A stretch of 64,000 bases of DNA, taken from contig CAVQTE010000017.1 in NCBI GenBank assembly GCA_963716235.1, forward strand, positions 26,295 through 90,294, written 5' to 3'. The first letter of the stretch is position 1, and each line of letters begins with the position of its first letter. The position numbers and the translations under genes are program-made. Under the pieces are notes generated by a model. The model did no database searches, had not been told where the DNA came from, and saw only the letters and a program-made list of their open reading frames with translations. The stretch comes from Ilumatobacteraceae bacterium. Lineage in GTDB: Bacteria > Actinomycetota > Acidimicrobiia > Acidimicrobiales > Ilumatobacteraceae. Positions 63,887-64,000 of this stretch are shown piece by piece.

Positions 63887-64000
63887 TCGGCGGGCGCTTC
63901 CTCCAGCACGACGTCGTCGACAACGACGTCCTCGACGACGACGTCCTCGACGACGACGATGTCGTCACCCGACTCGTCGGTGACTTCGACGGGCTCGGTG
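63883..64000 (-). CDS. 3' end of an upstream gene with acidic repetitive C-terminus (possibly ribosomal protein S1)
   Basis: The minus-strand reading is ...DDIVVVEDVVVEDVVVDDVVLEEAPAE*. The rpsA-coaE order is common in Actinomycetota, but only 39 codons are visible. Confidence 0.35.
   Translation of the reverse strand, partial: TEPVEVTDESGDDIVVVEDVVVEDVVVDDVVLEEAPAE

Overview
High-GC (roughly 68-70%) chromosomal segment. Gene content and the pervasive GTGA/ATGA start-stop overlaps suggest Actinomycetota, possibly Acidimicrobiia-like; this taxonomy is inference only. The window is mostly core metabolism. It holds ybeY-phoH, a pur super-operon (purL, purQ, purC, purF, purD-purM, purN, guaB), obg-proB, murJ, metX, nei, coaE, tRNA-Cys and tRNA-Gly. 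Several accessory modules are interleaved: an oleA-oleBC-oleD olefin cluster; a lipid-type block with two SDRs, a hotdog hydratase pair and three coupled P450-family genes (the last lacks the heme Cys); a GT4 plus two GH130 plus GH10-like glycan block; a MoxR-VWA pair; and tandem CNNM/CorC genes. The most interesting signal is not in the ORF track. A glutathione peroxidase gene (59877-60350) has an in-frame TGA exactly at the catalytic Cys/Sec codon, followed by an fdhF-like SECIS hairpin. It heads an operon with a GCS2 ligase, an M20 amidohydrolase and a ChaC-like cyclotransferase. Three reading frames are broken by apparent 1-nt indels (purD, a GMC oxidoreductase, an HNH remnant), so assembly indel error must be considered. 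No CRISPR array, intact mobile element or rRNA was seen. Many long antisense ORFs in the track are GC artefacts.
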